Under the pieces are notes generated by a model, which worked only from the letters and a program-made list of their open reading frames with translations, was not told where the DNA came from and did not search any database. This document shows, piece after piece, positions 44,006 through 60,490 of a DNA stretch of 64,000 nt; position 1 is the stretch's first letter; the number at the start of each line of letters is the position of its first letter. Position numbers and translations under genes: made by a program. This DNA comes from Chrysomallon squamiferum (lineage: Eukaryota; Animalia; Mollusca), in contig CM022671.1 in assembly GCA_012295275.1 (NCBI GenBank), positions 31,496,001 through 31,560,000 of the forward strand, read 5' to 3'.

Positions 44006-45830
44006 AGAGAATGATGCAAGAAAAAATGCGCAGTATAAAAACACATCAAACAGCAGATTAAATTGTTCTTAAACGCTTATAGCTAAGAAACTAGACAGCG
44101 TATTTCATTAAGCGGAAGCTTATTAAACTAAAATTTCTTCCCCTTCCTTTACATTCTGAATTTTTAAAAAGGAAAATTTCAACGGTTCACAAACCCTATT
44201 AACTTTTGACGCATAACCGAAATAAGGATAGATAACTAGGTCACGTTTCTATACTGCAAAAACACAAACGTAAAAAAAAAAAAAAATAATAATAAAAAAA
44301 AAAAAAAAAAGATAATTTAATATCGTAATAAATAAACCAACTCTCGGTCGTGACAGTCATATTAAAACTAATTAAATCTCGCGAGAATTACACTAAATTT
44401 TTTCACTTGAACACGTAATGTGGTAATAAAAAAGGAAAATGTCTGATTTGAAATGGTGATACTTGAAGAAATAAGGAAAAAATATTTAATAGCTTCACAC
44501 GTCATAAAACACCTGACAACAGTCGTGACAGCTTTTATAACAGAACTACTACTACTAGTACTGTAACTACCACAACTGCTACAACTGACAGTATTAAATG
44601 TACGTAGTTTTTCTTGCTTCAGCTATCATTACCACTGCTACTGCTGTAGCTCCAAATGCTACAGCTACTACGTCTGCTCCTAAATTAACACCTGATGCTA
44701 CTACTACTGCAACTGCAACATAATTACTACTACGATTAGTGCTGCAGCTACACACTACTCCTATGATTACTACTATAACAACTACTTTTATTATTGTTAG
44801 AACTAATATTACTATTACTATTATACTGCTAATGCTACTACTAACTATTGCTATTACGACTGGTACTGATGACACTACTGCTGCTAGTATTACTACTATT
44901 ACTCATAGACACTATTATAGTTATTATTGTTGTTTGTTGTTGTGGTTGTTGTTTTTGAAAACTGTCACAATTTTTAATGTAGTTGTTATTTTTTTATTTT
45001 CTTGTTATATGTTCCTTTTTCTCCTTCGACCCCCCTCCAACTATCAGAAGCTATTTTTCTTCTTTTTTCCATCTTTCCTATTTATTTATTTGTTTATTTA
45101 TTTTGTTTTATTTTTTTATTTTTTGTTTTATTTATTTTTTTTTTTTTATTTTTATTTTTTTTTCTCTCTCCTATATACTCACTGACACCAGTATTAACAA
45201 ACGCCGTGATACGGATCACGTATGGACTACATTTGGATCATCATAATAAAATTATATTCAAATTAGTCTTGTTTTCCTCTTCGCTTAAATATTCCTCTCG
45301 TTATTTTAAAACCATGTCCGTGCATCCGTCGAATCCAGTCAGTCGCCAACGTAAAACGACAGAGAAATGCGATATGTCTGGAAAAAAAACAACAAAAACA
45401 TGTAAAATTGATTCCCCAAAGATTTACTCGTTAGTGAGTCTTGCTGTTGAAGAGGGATGGTACAAAGACCAATTAATTGTTTAATATTTCATCTGAAGGA
45501 CGTTAAAACGCGCTGTGTACTTAGAACGCACAGCTAGAGGAGATGGGATCTCGTGGGGCCGACCGATTAGTTGTGAGAGAAAAGAAAAGCTTTTTCTTGT
45601 TGCCCGACGTGTTCGGATTTTCAGCCACTTCTGTGGTCTGGCCATTTTGATTCCCTTGTCTTTCTCTCGCTCTCGTATAGTTTTCTTTCATTCTTTTTTT
45701 TTTTTTTTTTTTTCTTTTATTTTAATTTTAATTTTACTATTTATTTTAACTCTGTTTATGTGTGTGTGTGTTAAAGGATATAATAATTGAAATGAATTAC
45801 TCAGAGTGTATTCGTACGTACATATTTCAG

Positions 45831-45861
<31 letters not shown>

Positions 45862-46068
45862 TAATACATCTACTAATACTATTGCTACTGTAATTAATAA
45901 TACTAATACCACTGTCATTTCTAGTAGTACTACAACTACTACGACTATAGCTAGTAATGCTATTCACTAGTATTTCTACAATCATTACCAGTCAAAAGTA
46001 CTACTAATACTACTGCTATTACTAACATTACTGCAACCACTGCTGTTACTACTACAACTACAACTGCT

Positions 46069-46175
46069 TCTTATATCATAACTAATTTCATAATTATTTT
46101 ACTACTACTATTACTACTTATATCATAACTAATATAATAATTATTTTACTACTACTATTACTACTTATATCATAT
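46069..46175. repeat. ~48-bp tandem duplication
   Basis: cttatatcataactaat...taattattttactactactattacta repeated twice, plus the start of a third copy. Confidence 0.85.
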
Positions 46176-47758
46176 CTATTTTAATACTGCTAGTATTGCT
46201 ACTTCATATTACTACTTCAGCTGCCACCACCGCCATTATGAGATTTCTCTATCTTTGACGTATTTGAAGAGGGGTAGGGGTACGGTGGAAGATATGTCAT
46301 ACCCCCACACACACACACCTTTTTTTTTCTTTCTTTCTTTCTTTCTTTTAAATTGAATATCTAAAGAAATTTACGTCTAAGCTTTTGCTCAATAGCTTGG
46401 CCCTTCAAGGGACTTAATAGAAGCGCCAACTAAACACCCTTGACTGGTCGTTATCGACGCCTTTCGCAGACTTGTGTCTCCCTCTGGCGTTCAAAAGTCA
46501 ACAAGCCTAAGTCTCCTAGTCGTCCGCGTGAGCCAATGTCCCTGTCTCTTTTACACGAATTGTAAACACAGTTTGCACAACTGTCTCTCCCTGACAACAG
46601 TCCACGTAACAGCGACTGGATTCCAGTTGACGCGTCTTGCCACTAAATAGCGATACTTGATTATTTGATTGATTATTGAGAAGCATTCTTTTCTTTTTTT
46701 TTTTTCTTTTCTTTTTTTTTTTTTTTTTTCTCGGTCGAGGAGGACCAAGGTTTTTTTGTGTCCGGGACTCAGGAATGATCATTAACTTTATGGTAAAGGT
46801 GTGGAAAAGGTTAAAGAATGTTGAAAGATTTTTTTATTTTTATTTTTTTTTTTTCTTCTATTTTAATTAGAAATATGGCTGGAATTAAACGAAAATAAAA
46901 TGTCATGGTTTTGTGGAAATTAGATTAGAATATGAATGACCACTGGTTTAAAGCAGTCAAATTTAAGCGTATATTTATATGAATAAAGTTGAAGAAACAT
47001 ACAGACGCACACATATCCATACTTACCTACCTATGATACGTTCGTACGTACACAGATCCATGTATGCGTACGTACGTACATTAATACATACATATATACA
47101 TACGTACATACATAATCAGTATTTGTTTGCACGGGTTTGATCAAATTTTCTATTGTATACAAACTTCTAGTTTATGTGATTTAAGATCGTTCAGTGACGT
47201 CATCAGCCATACATCAAAATGTGTTGACAACAATAATGAGTCTTAAGTCAATATTATTTTCCAGTTTCAACAATCAAATTACGTCACGATCAAATTAAGA
47301 CCTTTGTGACGTCATAAAATTTCAAGGTCCTCTAGAAAACACGGCAGCTAGCGATAATGTCAAAAAATAGACATATTTTGGGATTCATTTCGACGATTAG
47401 CCCCACCCTTTTGCCATGGTTCACCGTAAAACGCGAATATAAACAGAGGCATCTTCAGATCGGAGTATCCAGTTTCGGAGAGATGTGTCGGAGTGAGTGT
47501 GGGAGAATGTTAAAACTCAATTGGATTTCAATATCGTGTGTATTTACATGCAATTATCTGTTGATTTTTTCATAACTGCCATTACTCGCCAACAGCCGGC
47601 GTTTTGTCCCTGACACGTTGTGTTTGTTGACAGAGAAGAACGCGAAGAAATCCCGATCGTATTAAAACACGCGTCGAGTAAACCGAGTCAAGTGTATTGT
47701 GCTCTAACGATCCAGTACAACATTTCTGTTGATTTCACACGATATCTGAATTCGTAAA

Positions 47759-47760
<2 letters not shown>

Positions 47761-47837
<77 letters not shown>
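47761..47837. repeat. (CT)n microsatellite
   Basis: Directly visible. Confidence 0.95.
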
Positions 47838-47839
<2 letters not shown>

Positions 47840-47929
47840 GAGCCTACTGGTTTGTTTTCTGATTCTTATTAAATATCTTTTTCTTATTAATGTAATGTAT
47901 TTATATCGCAAATTTGAAAATGAAAAAGG

Positions 47930-47966
<37 letters not shown>

Positions 47967-48927
47967 GTTAAAGAAGAAGAAAAGATAAGAAAAATAAAAT
48001 ATTACGAGGCATGTATATTGCGCTTTAGGCGTCGAAGTTCAAATAACGAAGTGATGATTTTCTCACCATTTGAATAACTGCGCGTGCGCGTGGGCGACAG
48101 GCACGCGCCACTCAACCAGGTGGAGATAACACAACCCACACTAAAGACAGACTTCCGCTGGAAATGGGTGGTCTGACGTCATTTAGTGTTATGGTTAACT
48201 TGACAAATACGTTTTTGTGTGTGTGTGTCTTTTTTTTATGGTAAGGTTTTAACTGTTTTACATTTTGACCTTTTCATCTTTTTTTTTTCTCATATTTGTT
48301 CTTAACACAAACACTCCTTAAATGAAGAGGAGTGAATCCTATTTAATTTAATAAATATATATATATATATAAGAGGCGATGATTCATTAATAGTCCTATT
48401 AATTCACTTGCAATAAACTCATTAATAAATATTAAAACTTCTATTGTTACAACCACAACTACAACTTATTAATGCTGATATTATCTTATATAGCACTACT
48501 GCATCACCATACTAACACTACTACTATTACTATTTCAACTACCACTACAACTGTAAGTATTATTAATACCACCACCAGCTCTATGCTTCAAAAATTACAA
48601 CACTATTTCTTTTGATAATAACGCCTCTAACATAGAACAGATTTTTTTGGATTTTTTTTTTTTTTTTTTTTAAGTATAAAATTATCGTCTTGTTTTTTTT
48701 TACCGTGAAGTCATTTTCCATGATTGCAGTTTTGAGAGTTGTTCGTGGGTCTCTCAGTGACTGCAGGTAGGTAAGTGAAATACGTACAGATAGACAACAG
48801 CTATGAAAACAGTGGAGTGGCGACCACACGTGGACCCAAGACTCCCCGACTGTGTACAAAGAAAACACGACACATGCTATCAACACATCGGATAATGGGA
48901 CACACGACAGAGTTCTGTCTCTGTCAG

Positions 48928-49105
<178 letters not shown>

Positions 49106-50212
49106 TATTTAATGTAAATGTGAGTATATTGAATGTGCGTATGTATAAGATAGAGAGGCAGAGAGTATGTGTGTGTAATATGAATATATATGTGAGTATT
49201 TTTTAATGTGTGTGTATATTCTTCTCCTATCACCACAGTTTGTATTGGTACTGCTTCTACTCTTACTGCTGCTGCTACAACTACAACCATTGCTACTCCA
49301 TTACTTTTGTTCTCTACGGAATCTGCTGCTTCTACTACTGTTACTACAACCGTTATTATTATTTTTTATTGTTATTATTTTTTTGTTGTTGTTATATTTG
49401 TTCTTTGTTTTTTTCTTCTTCTTCTGCACATAGAAATACAGATATCTGTAGACCCACACACACATCACACACACATAATGCATACATACGTACATGCATT
49501 CATCAAGAGGTGTTATTGTTTGAAAACTTTTTGTGTATGGCTATTTGTCATCTAGCTATAATTACCGTCTGTGTTTTTATTTATATCTGAACCCGTATTT
49601 AGAAACTTGGACAAATTCACCTAAAAACTGGACACAGATTAAAACCGTTCTGCTGACAGCCTGTGAGAAACACAGCAGTAACGCGACATTAACAAATGCA
49701 AACACCATGCATATATGGTTTCTATATCCGACTTTAAAATACTCTTTGATTGATGCCGTTGCCAAATAAACTAAACGCCGATGGAATTTCTGTATTATTG
49801 CACCGATTAAGAAGGGAAAAAAGAGAGAAGGACAAACACAGCTTATTAATAAACGTTCAGTTTTAGATGTCGAGTATTGGTTCCAGAATAGAGTTATTAA
49901 TCGCCAAGTTAAAGCGTCGATAAAACAAAGCGTGGGAACTCCCGTTATCGCGTGACCTTCACCTCTGACTCTAATGGCGACGTCATAGGCCCGCGGTATC
50001 GAAGCGGTGTGAAGATTTTCGAAGACGAGGTTCTGGTTTTTGTTACGCGTTTTACGTCAAAAACTAATTTCCTAGTAGGGGGCGTTTTTTTTTTTTTTTT
50101 TTTTTTTTTTTTCTTTTTCATCCCTGTGTTCGTTGATGCTAAACCAGTCTTGATATATCGTAGCCGAAACGTTTATCTTCGTGTGAAATGTGTTACCTTG
50201 TATCAAATGATT

Positions 50213-50217
<5 letters not shown>

Positions 50218-50309
<92 letters not shown>
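50218..50309. repeat. (AG)n microsatellite
   Basis: Directly visible. Confidence 0.95.
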
Positions 50310-50311
<2 letters not shown>

Positions 50312-50589
50312 TAACAGGTTCAGAATAAATGAACTGAATTTTAAAAAAAAAAGTAATAATAATATCAAGAGAAAAGAAGACGAAAGAAAGAATGAATAAG
50401 ACAGTGAATGGATTAAACCAACAAAACAACAAAAAAATAATAATAAATATGTAAATAAATAAAAGAATAACAAAAGAAAGAATTAAAGAAAACTAAAGAA
50501 TGAAAGAAAAGAAATCAGTGACAGAACTGTAATAGTAAATCTTTCAATTTTTTTTATCGTGTTTTATATTGTATATTATATTGTATTTT

Positions 50590-50690
50590 ATAATATAATA
50601 TAATATAATATAATATAATATAATATAATATAATATAATATAATATAATATAATATAATGTAAAGTAATGTAATGTAATATAATACCATA
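50590..50690. repeat. (TAATA)n pentanucleotide array
   Basis: Directly visible. Confidence 0.95.
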
Positions 50691-50969
50691 CTATACGTGT
50701 ACTATTATATAGCATATTATACTAAATCATTCTGTAGATCAAAAGGCACAGCAAAGGTCAGAATAAAATTGATTTGAATAGCATTATTTACAATAACTTT
50801 TATTTCATATAATGAATAAACTAGTTTTTATTAAATTCAGTTCATAAGGATGTTATGTTATGATCACGATATTTACTAAATGTATTTAATCATAGCACGA
50901 AGAAATACGCAACAGTTCTATCGCAATCTGCATAACAACTTTACCCACTCCCTCTAAGATTGAAACGTA

Positions 50970-51690
50970 TGCAGCCAACGAGCCGGTTTTCAAAGCCAAT
51001 AAAGATATGAGAATTCTGAGACTAAGTCTGTTTGAAATTAATGAAGTTAACTTTTGTCAAACACTGCGTGTTTGCCGGAGGGTTGAAGTACAATGGATCG
51101 GACATTCCGTTTGTCACAAAAATACCTCGTTAAGCGATATTGATGATGTTGCAGGTAGCAAGCGTGGGCGTGAGATTAATCGCGTATCATGTCGCCAACG
51201 TCGTCAGGGGAAGGGAGATAATTACACGCCCCATTCAGCATGGTGCAGGAAGTGACGTAATACGTAACACAACTGATGAGATAAAGGCTTAGACGCAGAC
51301 TCTTTTGCGATGTTTGCAGTTTCTTTGATGGTGACGCAACATGAGTAAACTATGACGTCATAATCAGTTCGAGGCGGTTTCAGCGGAATGGACGGAATGT
51401 TACTAAATTCAGCCTCGATTCTGTCGCGGTCAAGGTATTTTAGCTTTTGGCATTTCATTACCTGTACAGTGCGTGGGCGAGGCCGGGTAATGAGGTTTCG
51501 GACATTCCCCGAATTAGGTGATAAGAACTAACAGGCTGTTTAGAGCGGAGAGAGATCTTTTCTGTGAGCATGTTGAGTGTGTGTTGAAGTGATTTTACAA
51601 GCACGTGGCAAGGAACGGCCCACGCCCTTTTTACCTGGACGTCCAACACACGTCAGAGCCCGTTCTTTTGTTGTAGTCACCCTGGGCGAA
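50970..51690. promoter_or_regulatory. Long CpG/GC-rich island with ETS-CRE composite and palindromic CRE
   Basis: AGGAAGTGACGTAA at ~51247-51260; TATGACGTCATA at 51351-51362; several GCGTGGGCG elements. Confidence 0.45.
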
Positions 51691-52606
51691 ATGTACTTGT
51701 ATAAACAAGTGTTTAAATAAATTCTCGATGATACGGAAAATTAATGATAATTGAAATATGCACATCAGTTACATATCAACAAGGTTAACCAGAAAAGAAA
51801 AAGGGTGTTTGTTATTTAATTTATTGAAAATATGTAATTTTAGGAAAATTAAATGAATGAATAAGTGAATGAATAAATATTAAATACAGTAAACTTCTTT
51901 ATTCTATTCAGTAATAATATTTATCTATTTATTTATTTATTTATATTCTTGTTAGAAGGCAAAATATTTTTAAACAGACATACTGTCTCATTATTATTAT
52001 TATTATTATTATTATTTTACCCCTATTCTCTGTAGGGCAGAACTATAACTATACAGTGGACACTGATGAACTGTGGTCTTTGTCACTAAACAACACATCA
52101 TTCTTTACACAGGTAACAAAGAAAAATAAAAGATGAAAACTAGGCTTAAAAACATCTGTTGTGCTTTTCGTTCATTTCATTTGTACGGCCATGATGTAAA
52201 ATCTCAGCTACTATTCTCGTTATAGGTATTAGATATTTGTTATTAAAGACTGAAATTTTTACTAATACGATATAAGAAATTGTAAAATTTCAAAAAGAAA
52301 GTTTTTTTTTTTTTTTTTTTTTTTAGTAATTAAAACATTTAGAGTAAGACGTAATATGCGACACCGGAGAAACTGAAGCAGAACTTTTTTTTTTTTTTTT
52401 TTAATTTCTTAAACCGCTTCCCCCAAAAGTGTACCGCAGTACATTGTATTGGAAATTCGATATCGCAATTAACCAGTAAACCAGCAATTGCTCTCACACA
52501 CCTAGAATTTAATTAACTTACAGAATTACCGTGTTCATCTTTTCCATAAAGACAATTCTGTTTTTCTTCTTCCTCTTCTTCTTCTTCTTCATTTATTTCT
52601 TCTTTT

Positions 52607-52637
<31 letters not shown>

Positions 52638-53507
52638 TCCCTTTCTTTTATTTTTGTCTCGTGTATGTATGTGTTTATGTGTGTACGTACGTATGTATGT
52701 ATGTATGTATGTATGTATGTATGTATGTATGTATGTGTATATGTATGTATTTATATATGCATGTATATATGTATGTATGTATGTATATATGTATGTGTGC
52801 TTGTTTTTATATGTACATGTATATAAGTACGTTTGTTTACCTTATATATATATGCATTTATCCATTAAGTATATATGTTTGTGTACGTGTGGGTGCGTTA
52901 CTGACTAATTTTCAAACTGTACAAATAGATATGAACTATTCCAAAAAAACAACAGAAAAACAATTCTTTTTCCTTCCACCCTCTTTCTCTCTCTGCCTCA
53001 GATCCGTTTGTGAGACAAAAGCATATATCAATGACTGACACATTTCCTGATTTCAGGTACAAGTCGTTTCAAGTTGGTCGACTACCTAAACTGTGTAGGC
53101 GCCACTTCGTGGTTCGGTTTGTAAATTTCTTCTTTGAAAAAAATGCTTAGCATTAATTCTCCATTTCTGCCGCCCTTGCCGTGTTTAATGTTAGTCACGT
53201 TATAACCGTGTGATGTGGTTTCTACGCCTTTAGGATCTCGTTATTTCTTTGTTTTCTATTTATTAATTTAATACGTACAGTGTTAAAAAGATTTAGGATT
53301 CGAATGTTTTTTTTTTTTTTTTCTGCTTGGGTAAAACAGGGTGTTAATTGCTGTGGTAATGAATGTGGTGTTATTGTCATTGTCATCATCAGTATCAGCA
53401 TCATCATCGCAATAATAATAGTAATTTTAAGCTTTATCATCTTAATTACGTTGTGCTTTTCGCTATGACCGTGGTAGAAATATCAGTAAAATCGCCAGAA
53501 TGATCGA

Positions 53508-53672
<165 letters not shown>

Positions 53673-55083
53673 TTTAAAACGGCTCTGGTATAGGTCAGAT
53701 CATTGTTTCACATCATCATCTTTCTACTTAAGACAGGATACAAGGTTGTGTTAGTATTAACATATGCCTCAGTGTTCTCTAAGAAGTTCTACAACACAAA
53801 CATAACTGTTCGTCCTTAAGCGAACAATGTATCAACATTCGGTAGCGATTCTGTCTTGGAGAAATCGGAGAACCAGATTATTCCAATTGAAAATATTTGA
53901 AAAGACCCACAGAGTAATGAAGTTTATGTGTTACAAATTTATCGCAACAACAGTTGCCATTCGGGAACACTTCTGTTTGCCTCTGCAAAGACTTCCAATT
54001 GACGATAGGACATTCAAAGCGACCAATTACTTGCCAGACGACTTCCGGTCAGAAGTGATGAAAGCGAGACTGGACCTCACACGATATGCTGCGTTTGTCC
54101 ACAGTAAACGGGAAGTTGTTTTAGTGGAAATAAATTTGGTTTTGAGTTGCTGCAGGTCGCAGTTTCGAAACTTGCTGGAGGACTTGTTGTCTGTTTGTTA
54201 TTTGTTTTAAGCAGATTTTCGGATTCCTTTTTTTTCCCCGTTTTTATTTTTTTCTTTGTCCTTTTTTTTTCCTTTTTTTTTTTCTTTCTCTTTTTTTTTT
54301 TTTTTTTTTTGTTCTCTTAAATATAGCTTTCACTATGATAATAAATAAAAACAAGAAGATGTAGCTCATTTTTTTTAACCTGGTCTATGCCCAAAATAAA
54401 TAAAAATATAACATGAACACATATATATATTTATAAATAAACACAAAGTCGTAGATACACAGAGAAAGTGGGAGACAGGGAGATACAGGGAGATATAGAA
54501 AGAGAGAGACAGACAGACAGACAGAGAAACAGGTATCCAAACCCATATATCATGAATCATGCACTGAATTTGTATCTCGCCCATCTATATCTCATCAGAA
54601 AGGAAATATAAATAAATATATATTTCACTAAGCATAATTAATTATTTTTATTACAAAACAAAAAGCTAACATAAAAGGAAAAATATATCTTTTCTAAATC
54701 ATCCTCTCTCCTCAGAACAGTCCCACTTGACCGATTGGGGCGTCAGAAGTTGCTGTCATTATCTCACCGTCGTTCTTTCATCTCTGCACGCCACGATGTT
54801 TCACTCCCCAGTCTCGTTGTACAACGTGGCTGACGTCGCGAACTGATTCCGCCCACAGACACGAAACTCGGACGGACCTGCAACTTGACTAATCCCTTAA
54901 CACACTAATTCTACCAGTTCTCGCGTCTCAGCTATGGACAGATGTCTCCATCATATCCCTGTATAGGTGTTTTTGTTGTTTTTTTCTTCTTCTTCTTCGT
55001 ATTATTATTATTTACTTACAATTAACAGTGCAGGTCTAAGACAGTTAGATCTTTTCTAGTTTTAGTAATCCTGTCTCACATAA

Positions 55084-55718
<635 letters not shown>

Positions 55719-56001
55719 ACTCTTTCTTATTCCTATACAATACAAAACATATCTCTAATGACTATTAATATCAAAACTTGCTGAGATATTCGTTAAGTAG
55801 ACATTCGTTTAGTCATAACAGTTTGGATAGGATGTGCAATACAAAACTAAAAAGACAAAGATGCAGAACAAGTATTTAGACATATATAAATACTCTACAA
55901 CTTTTTAAGAGTTTATTTAGCCTAAAGAATTTATATTTAGCCTCATACATCTAGCTTGACGTCACCTGAACAAAATGAATTACATGAGACATTTTTGGTA
56001 T

Positions 56002-56048
<47 letters not shown>

Positions 56049-56161
56049 TCATTAATTATGTTTTACCTTTTATAAAGACGGCAGAAAATATTTCTGAATA
56101 CCATTATCAGACTTCGGACAATAAACTAATAATACTATCTTTGTCTTTCTCTCTTTGTCTT

Positions 56162-56263
<102 letters not shown>

Positions 56264-56688
56264 TCTCTTTTCTCTGTCTCATTTCTCAGATTTGTTTTAT
56301 TACTTTTTTTCTCTCTTTCAATCTTTGTTCTTTCTTTCTGACACTCCTACACATACATTCACTGACACACACACACACACACACACATACACACGCACGC
56401 ATGCTGACACAATAATTAACGATACACAAACGTATCAGTTTGTACCAAGATTTCTCTTTTTTTCCCCCTCCTTTGCAATTCTCCTTGATATTTAACCCAG
56501 GTCGCCTTGGTCTTAGAAAAGAAGAACTTAAAAGTTAAATAACGGATCGAAAATCGTCAAAGACTAGCGTAGTGGGTTGCACCTTTGTTCAATATTTCAA
56601 TTTTCTTAACGCGACGGGGTTTATGTGGCATATTAAAAGAATGATGCACGAGCGTTTCTGCGTATGTATACGTGACATGCAATAACAG

Positions 56689-56808
56689 AACAAGAACATT
56701 AAGCAAGCTGTCCTCAAGGAATTGCTGTGCAGGATCCAGAATCACATCAAAGAGAATCGTGTAGGCTGTATCCTGCGCAGAAAAAGAAATGAAAATGACA
56801 CGAAGATG
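56689..56808 (+). other. Candidate 120-nt phase-0 exon (NKNIKQAVLKELLCRIQNHIKENRVGCILRRKRNENDTKM)
   Basis: aacAG acceptor with a weak pyrimidine tract, open frame of exactly 40 codons, strong ATG|GTGAGT donor; peptide not recognised. Confidence 0.2.
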
Positions 56809-56837
56809 GTGAGTACTGAAGGTTGAAAGAAAAAAAT

Positions 56838-56917
<80 letters not shown>

Positions 56918-57719
56918 AGGCTGTAAGAAAGAAAGAAAAAAGAATGAATGAATGAATGAAAAAGAAAAATGAGTAAGAACGAAAGAAAGATCACCGACGC
57001 CAACTCTGTGGTTATCATCATCAAAACCACGACTACCAATACGTCTGTTTTTACAAAACATAATGCTGTGGTCGTTTGCCCCTTTATTATTAGTAGTTGG
57101 TATTATTTTTTTTTTGTTGTTGATGATGTTGTTGTTGTTATTATTATTGTTGTCGTTGTTGATGATGATGCTGCAGTTGTTGTTGTTAACAAGATACATA
57201 CACACGTGTCCAAAACATCCATCATCTTAATTCATTTTTAAGCAATAAACTGAATACCTCGCTAGTCACCGTGAAGAATTTATTTCGCGCAGTATACCTT
57301 CATTCACGGATTTCGCAGACGCTAAATGAAACTTTATCAATAATTAATCACCTGTGCTAAATAATTCTAATTTGGCCTGCGCAGGCTTTCCACCCACACA
57401 CGTGCATTAATCAGGTAAGTTTGCTTTCCATTCATGTGTTGGAATTGCCCGCAGGCAAGAAGGGCTTCTGTGGGTTTTTTTTTTTTTTACGCGGATAACG
57501 AGCGAAGAACACCTCGCGAGTCAGCTACGGTGGCCTTATCTCCCAGCCCGAGCGAGCTGGAAACGTTCGTTTTGACGTCGCAAATGCCAAATCGCAATCC
57601 CGTCCATTAGCAAGCAGGCAGCGGGTGGCGAAAGTTTATCTCCGCGATTGAAAGCCGAGAGTAGCAGAAAACATTAAAACTGCATCAGAATTTCTTTTGT
57701 CTGTGTGTGACTGTGTTGC

Positions 57720-57758
<39 letters not shown>

Positions 57759-58099
57759 GTTGTTGTTTTGTTGTTGTGTTGTTGTTGTTTTGTGGGGGAT
57801 GTTGGCACTGGACCGCGCTCACACGCACACGCATTTACGCACACAGTGAAGTTATGCATTTACTCGCAGACAAGTACAGAGGTATCTTCTGTGACTCCAG
57901 ACGTTAAGGATGAAACCGTTGCTAATTATCATGCTGTAAAGGAATAATGAGTAAAGGAATATTGCACACATACGTAATTACATTGTTTAATACTGCATAC
58001 ATAAAAATATACATGAGCATACTTCAGTATCTGTATATATGGAAGTTGTATCTGGAATAGAACAATACATGTAGTACGGTTATTATTTGTCAGCATTTC

Positions 58100-58197
<98 letters not shown>

Positions 58198-58425
58198 TCT
58201 CTCTCTCATTTTCTTCAGCAAAGAATTTCTTTTTGTTGAAATAACTAAATGATAATATGAATAAAACTATTTCTTTTCAAAAATCGTATTCAGTTACTTG
58301 AACTTTGATTTACCTCAAAACGGACAGAAATCCCAAAGATTTTCATTACATAACTGGATAAAAAATTCATTTTCTTTTCTCTTCTTATTTGTTTATGTGC
58401 TGTTGTTGATTTTTTGGTTTTGTTC

Positions 58426-58483
<58 letters not shown>

Positions 58484-58899
58484 AAAAAAAAAAAAATAAT
58501 AATAATGATAATAATAATAAATAAATAAAACATGCAATGTAGCATCTTCACAAGTCCAGAAAGTTTAGTGTGTCAAGGAAAGGTTAACAGTCGTTCGTCT
58601 CACGCGGAGTTGGTTGTTCTGTCGTGTCCAAACAATGGACAGCTGGCAGTTGCCCATTAAACATTTACGCAGATAACACAGCACATGAACATCTGGTAAT
58701 CCCCATTAAGTATTAAACGAATAAGACTCGGCTGTAACTGCACTGGTCATTACTGCTGATCGGCAAAACTCTGATCACTGTCTTCAAACTCTGATAGTAT
58801 GTGTTGATTCACGTATTCTCAGACTGCAGTTTTTGCAGGTAAATCGAAATCTCTGTAATAATTATAATATGTATGACTCCTATTCGTCGATGTAAGTAC

Positions 58900-59300
58900 G
58901 TAAGTACGTAGGTATGTACGTATGTACGTTCGTATGTATACGTATGTATGTATGTATGCGTATGTATGTATGTATGTATGTATATGTTTGTATGTATGTA
59001 TGTGTGTATGTATGTATGAATATATATGTGTATGTATGTATTTATGTGTGTATGGGTGTGTATTAGTGTATATATACGTATGTGTATGTATGTGTATGTA
59101 TGTGTGTATGTATGTATGTGTGTATGTGTGTATGTATGTTTGTATGTATGTATGTATGTGTGTGTATGTACGTGTATGTATGTATGTGTGTGTGTATGTA
59201 TGTATATATGTGTGTGTGTTTGTATGTATGTGTGTGTGTGTGTATGTATGTGTGTGTGTGTGTGTATGTATGTGTGTGTGTGTGTGTGTATGTACTTGTG
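58900..59300. repeat. (TATG)n/(TG)n compound array
   Basis: Directly visible; generates the 205-aa MYVC pseudo-ORF. Confidence 0.95.
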
Positions 59301-60490
59301 TCTATGTTTCTCTGTTCTTCTTTAATATTCCCCACCACTCAGTTCACTTTCCCTTACCGCACAGTCTCTGCTGGAAGTGCGACACTTCAGACTATAAACC
59401 CACCACCATCAATTTTCTGTCATCGCCATCCTTGCGTCTTCTGTCTTTGATCTTCACGCCCATCACTGAACCCCTGCAGCGTCAGCGAAACGGATCTCCT
59501 CCTTATCCCTGCGTGTCGTTACAGCAAATGCAGTTTTAGTAGAAACAGCGCCGGTTGTAGTTGCAGTTGTAGTTGTAGTTGTTGTTGTATTATTATTATT
59601 ATTATTATTAATATTATTGGTGGAGTTGTTGTTGTTGTTGTTGCTATTTTATTATTTTATGTTTTGCAATATTATCTGATCATTTATGAATACACACACA
59701 CGCATACACACACACACACAGAGATATATATATATACACACATAACAAAAGTTTTATTGAGTCATCAATGTATTTTACCTCCTACTGCATGGGCCACAAC
59801 GTCGGAACTGCGACCACACACGAGTCAAACAGGCAAGAAGTCAACGACTGCGGTGACAACCCACTCACACCGTGATCTGTTTGTGTTGTAACCGTAATCG
59901 AGAGAGCCGAGGAGGCGATACAAAGATGTTGATACAGTCAACTGCGATTACACAAACGTGACGATGGCAGGCACGAAGACTGACGAACAATAGCGAATTA
60001 CGATCGTAGACTGTCCAGTGGCGCTGGGGGTCAGGGGGGGGACAATAATAATAAAATAAATACAAATGGTGTCGTAAACTTTACGCAGCGATCAAACGGC
60101 AGAAGAATGAAATCGGAAAAGGACGGTGAGATTGAAAACGCGGAAACTAAAGTATTGCGTAAAGTAAATGTTTTTTGGAACGGTGGAAAATGATTCATTT
60201 ATACTGAAGTGAAAGATGCGATTTATTGAATAACAGACATTTTTGACATGTGCTAGTCCAATGGGAGACGTTTTTGAAAAATGAGGGAAGCTTTTATAAG
60301 CAGAGATAGTAGGTAGTGAGATAGATATATTACAAACAGAGAGATAGATAGGAAGATCGAGAGAGAGACACAGGGACAGAGACAGAGAGAGAGACAGAGA
60401 TAGAGACAGAGATGGGGGGGTAAGGAATTTATGAAACTTTGTGCTCCGAAGACAAATAGAGAAGCCGATTATGAAAGATGTTTTAACAGC

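Noticed and set aside
51222-51649. Adjacent minus-strand ORFs (78 and 63 aa)
   Set aside because: No recognisable homology; better explained as a GC-rich regulatory island.
53827-54210. 127-aa non-repetitive ORF
   Set aside because: No recognisable domain; it overlaps promoter-type motifs (CCAAT, ACTTCCGGT); its length is compatible with chance in a GC-richer island. BLASTP would settle it.
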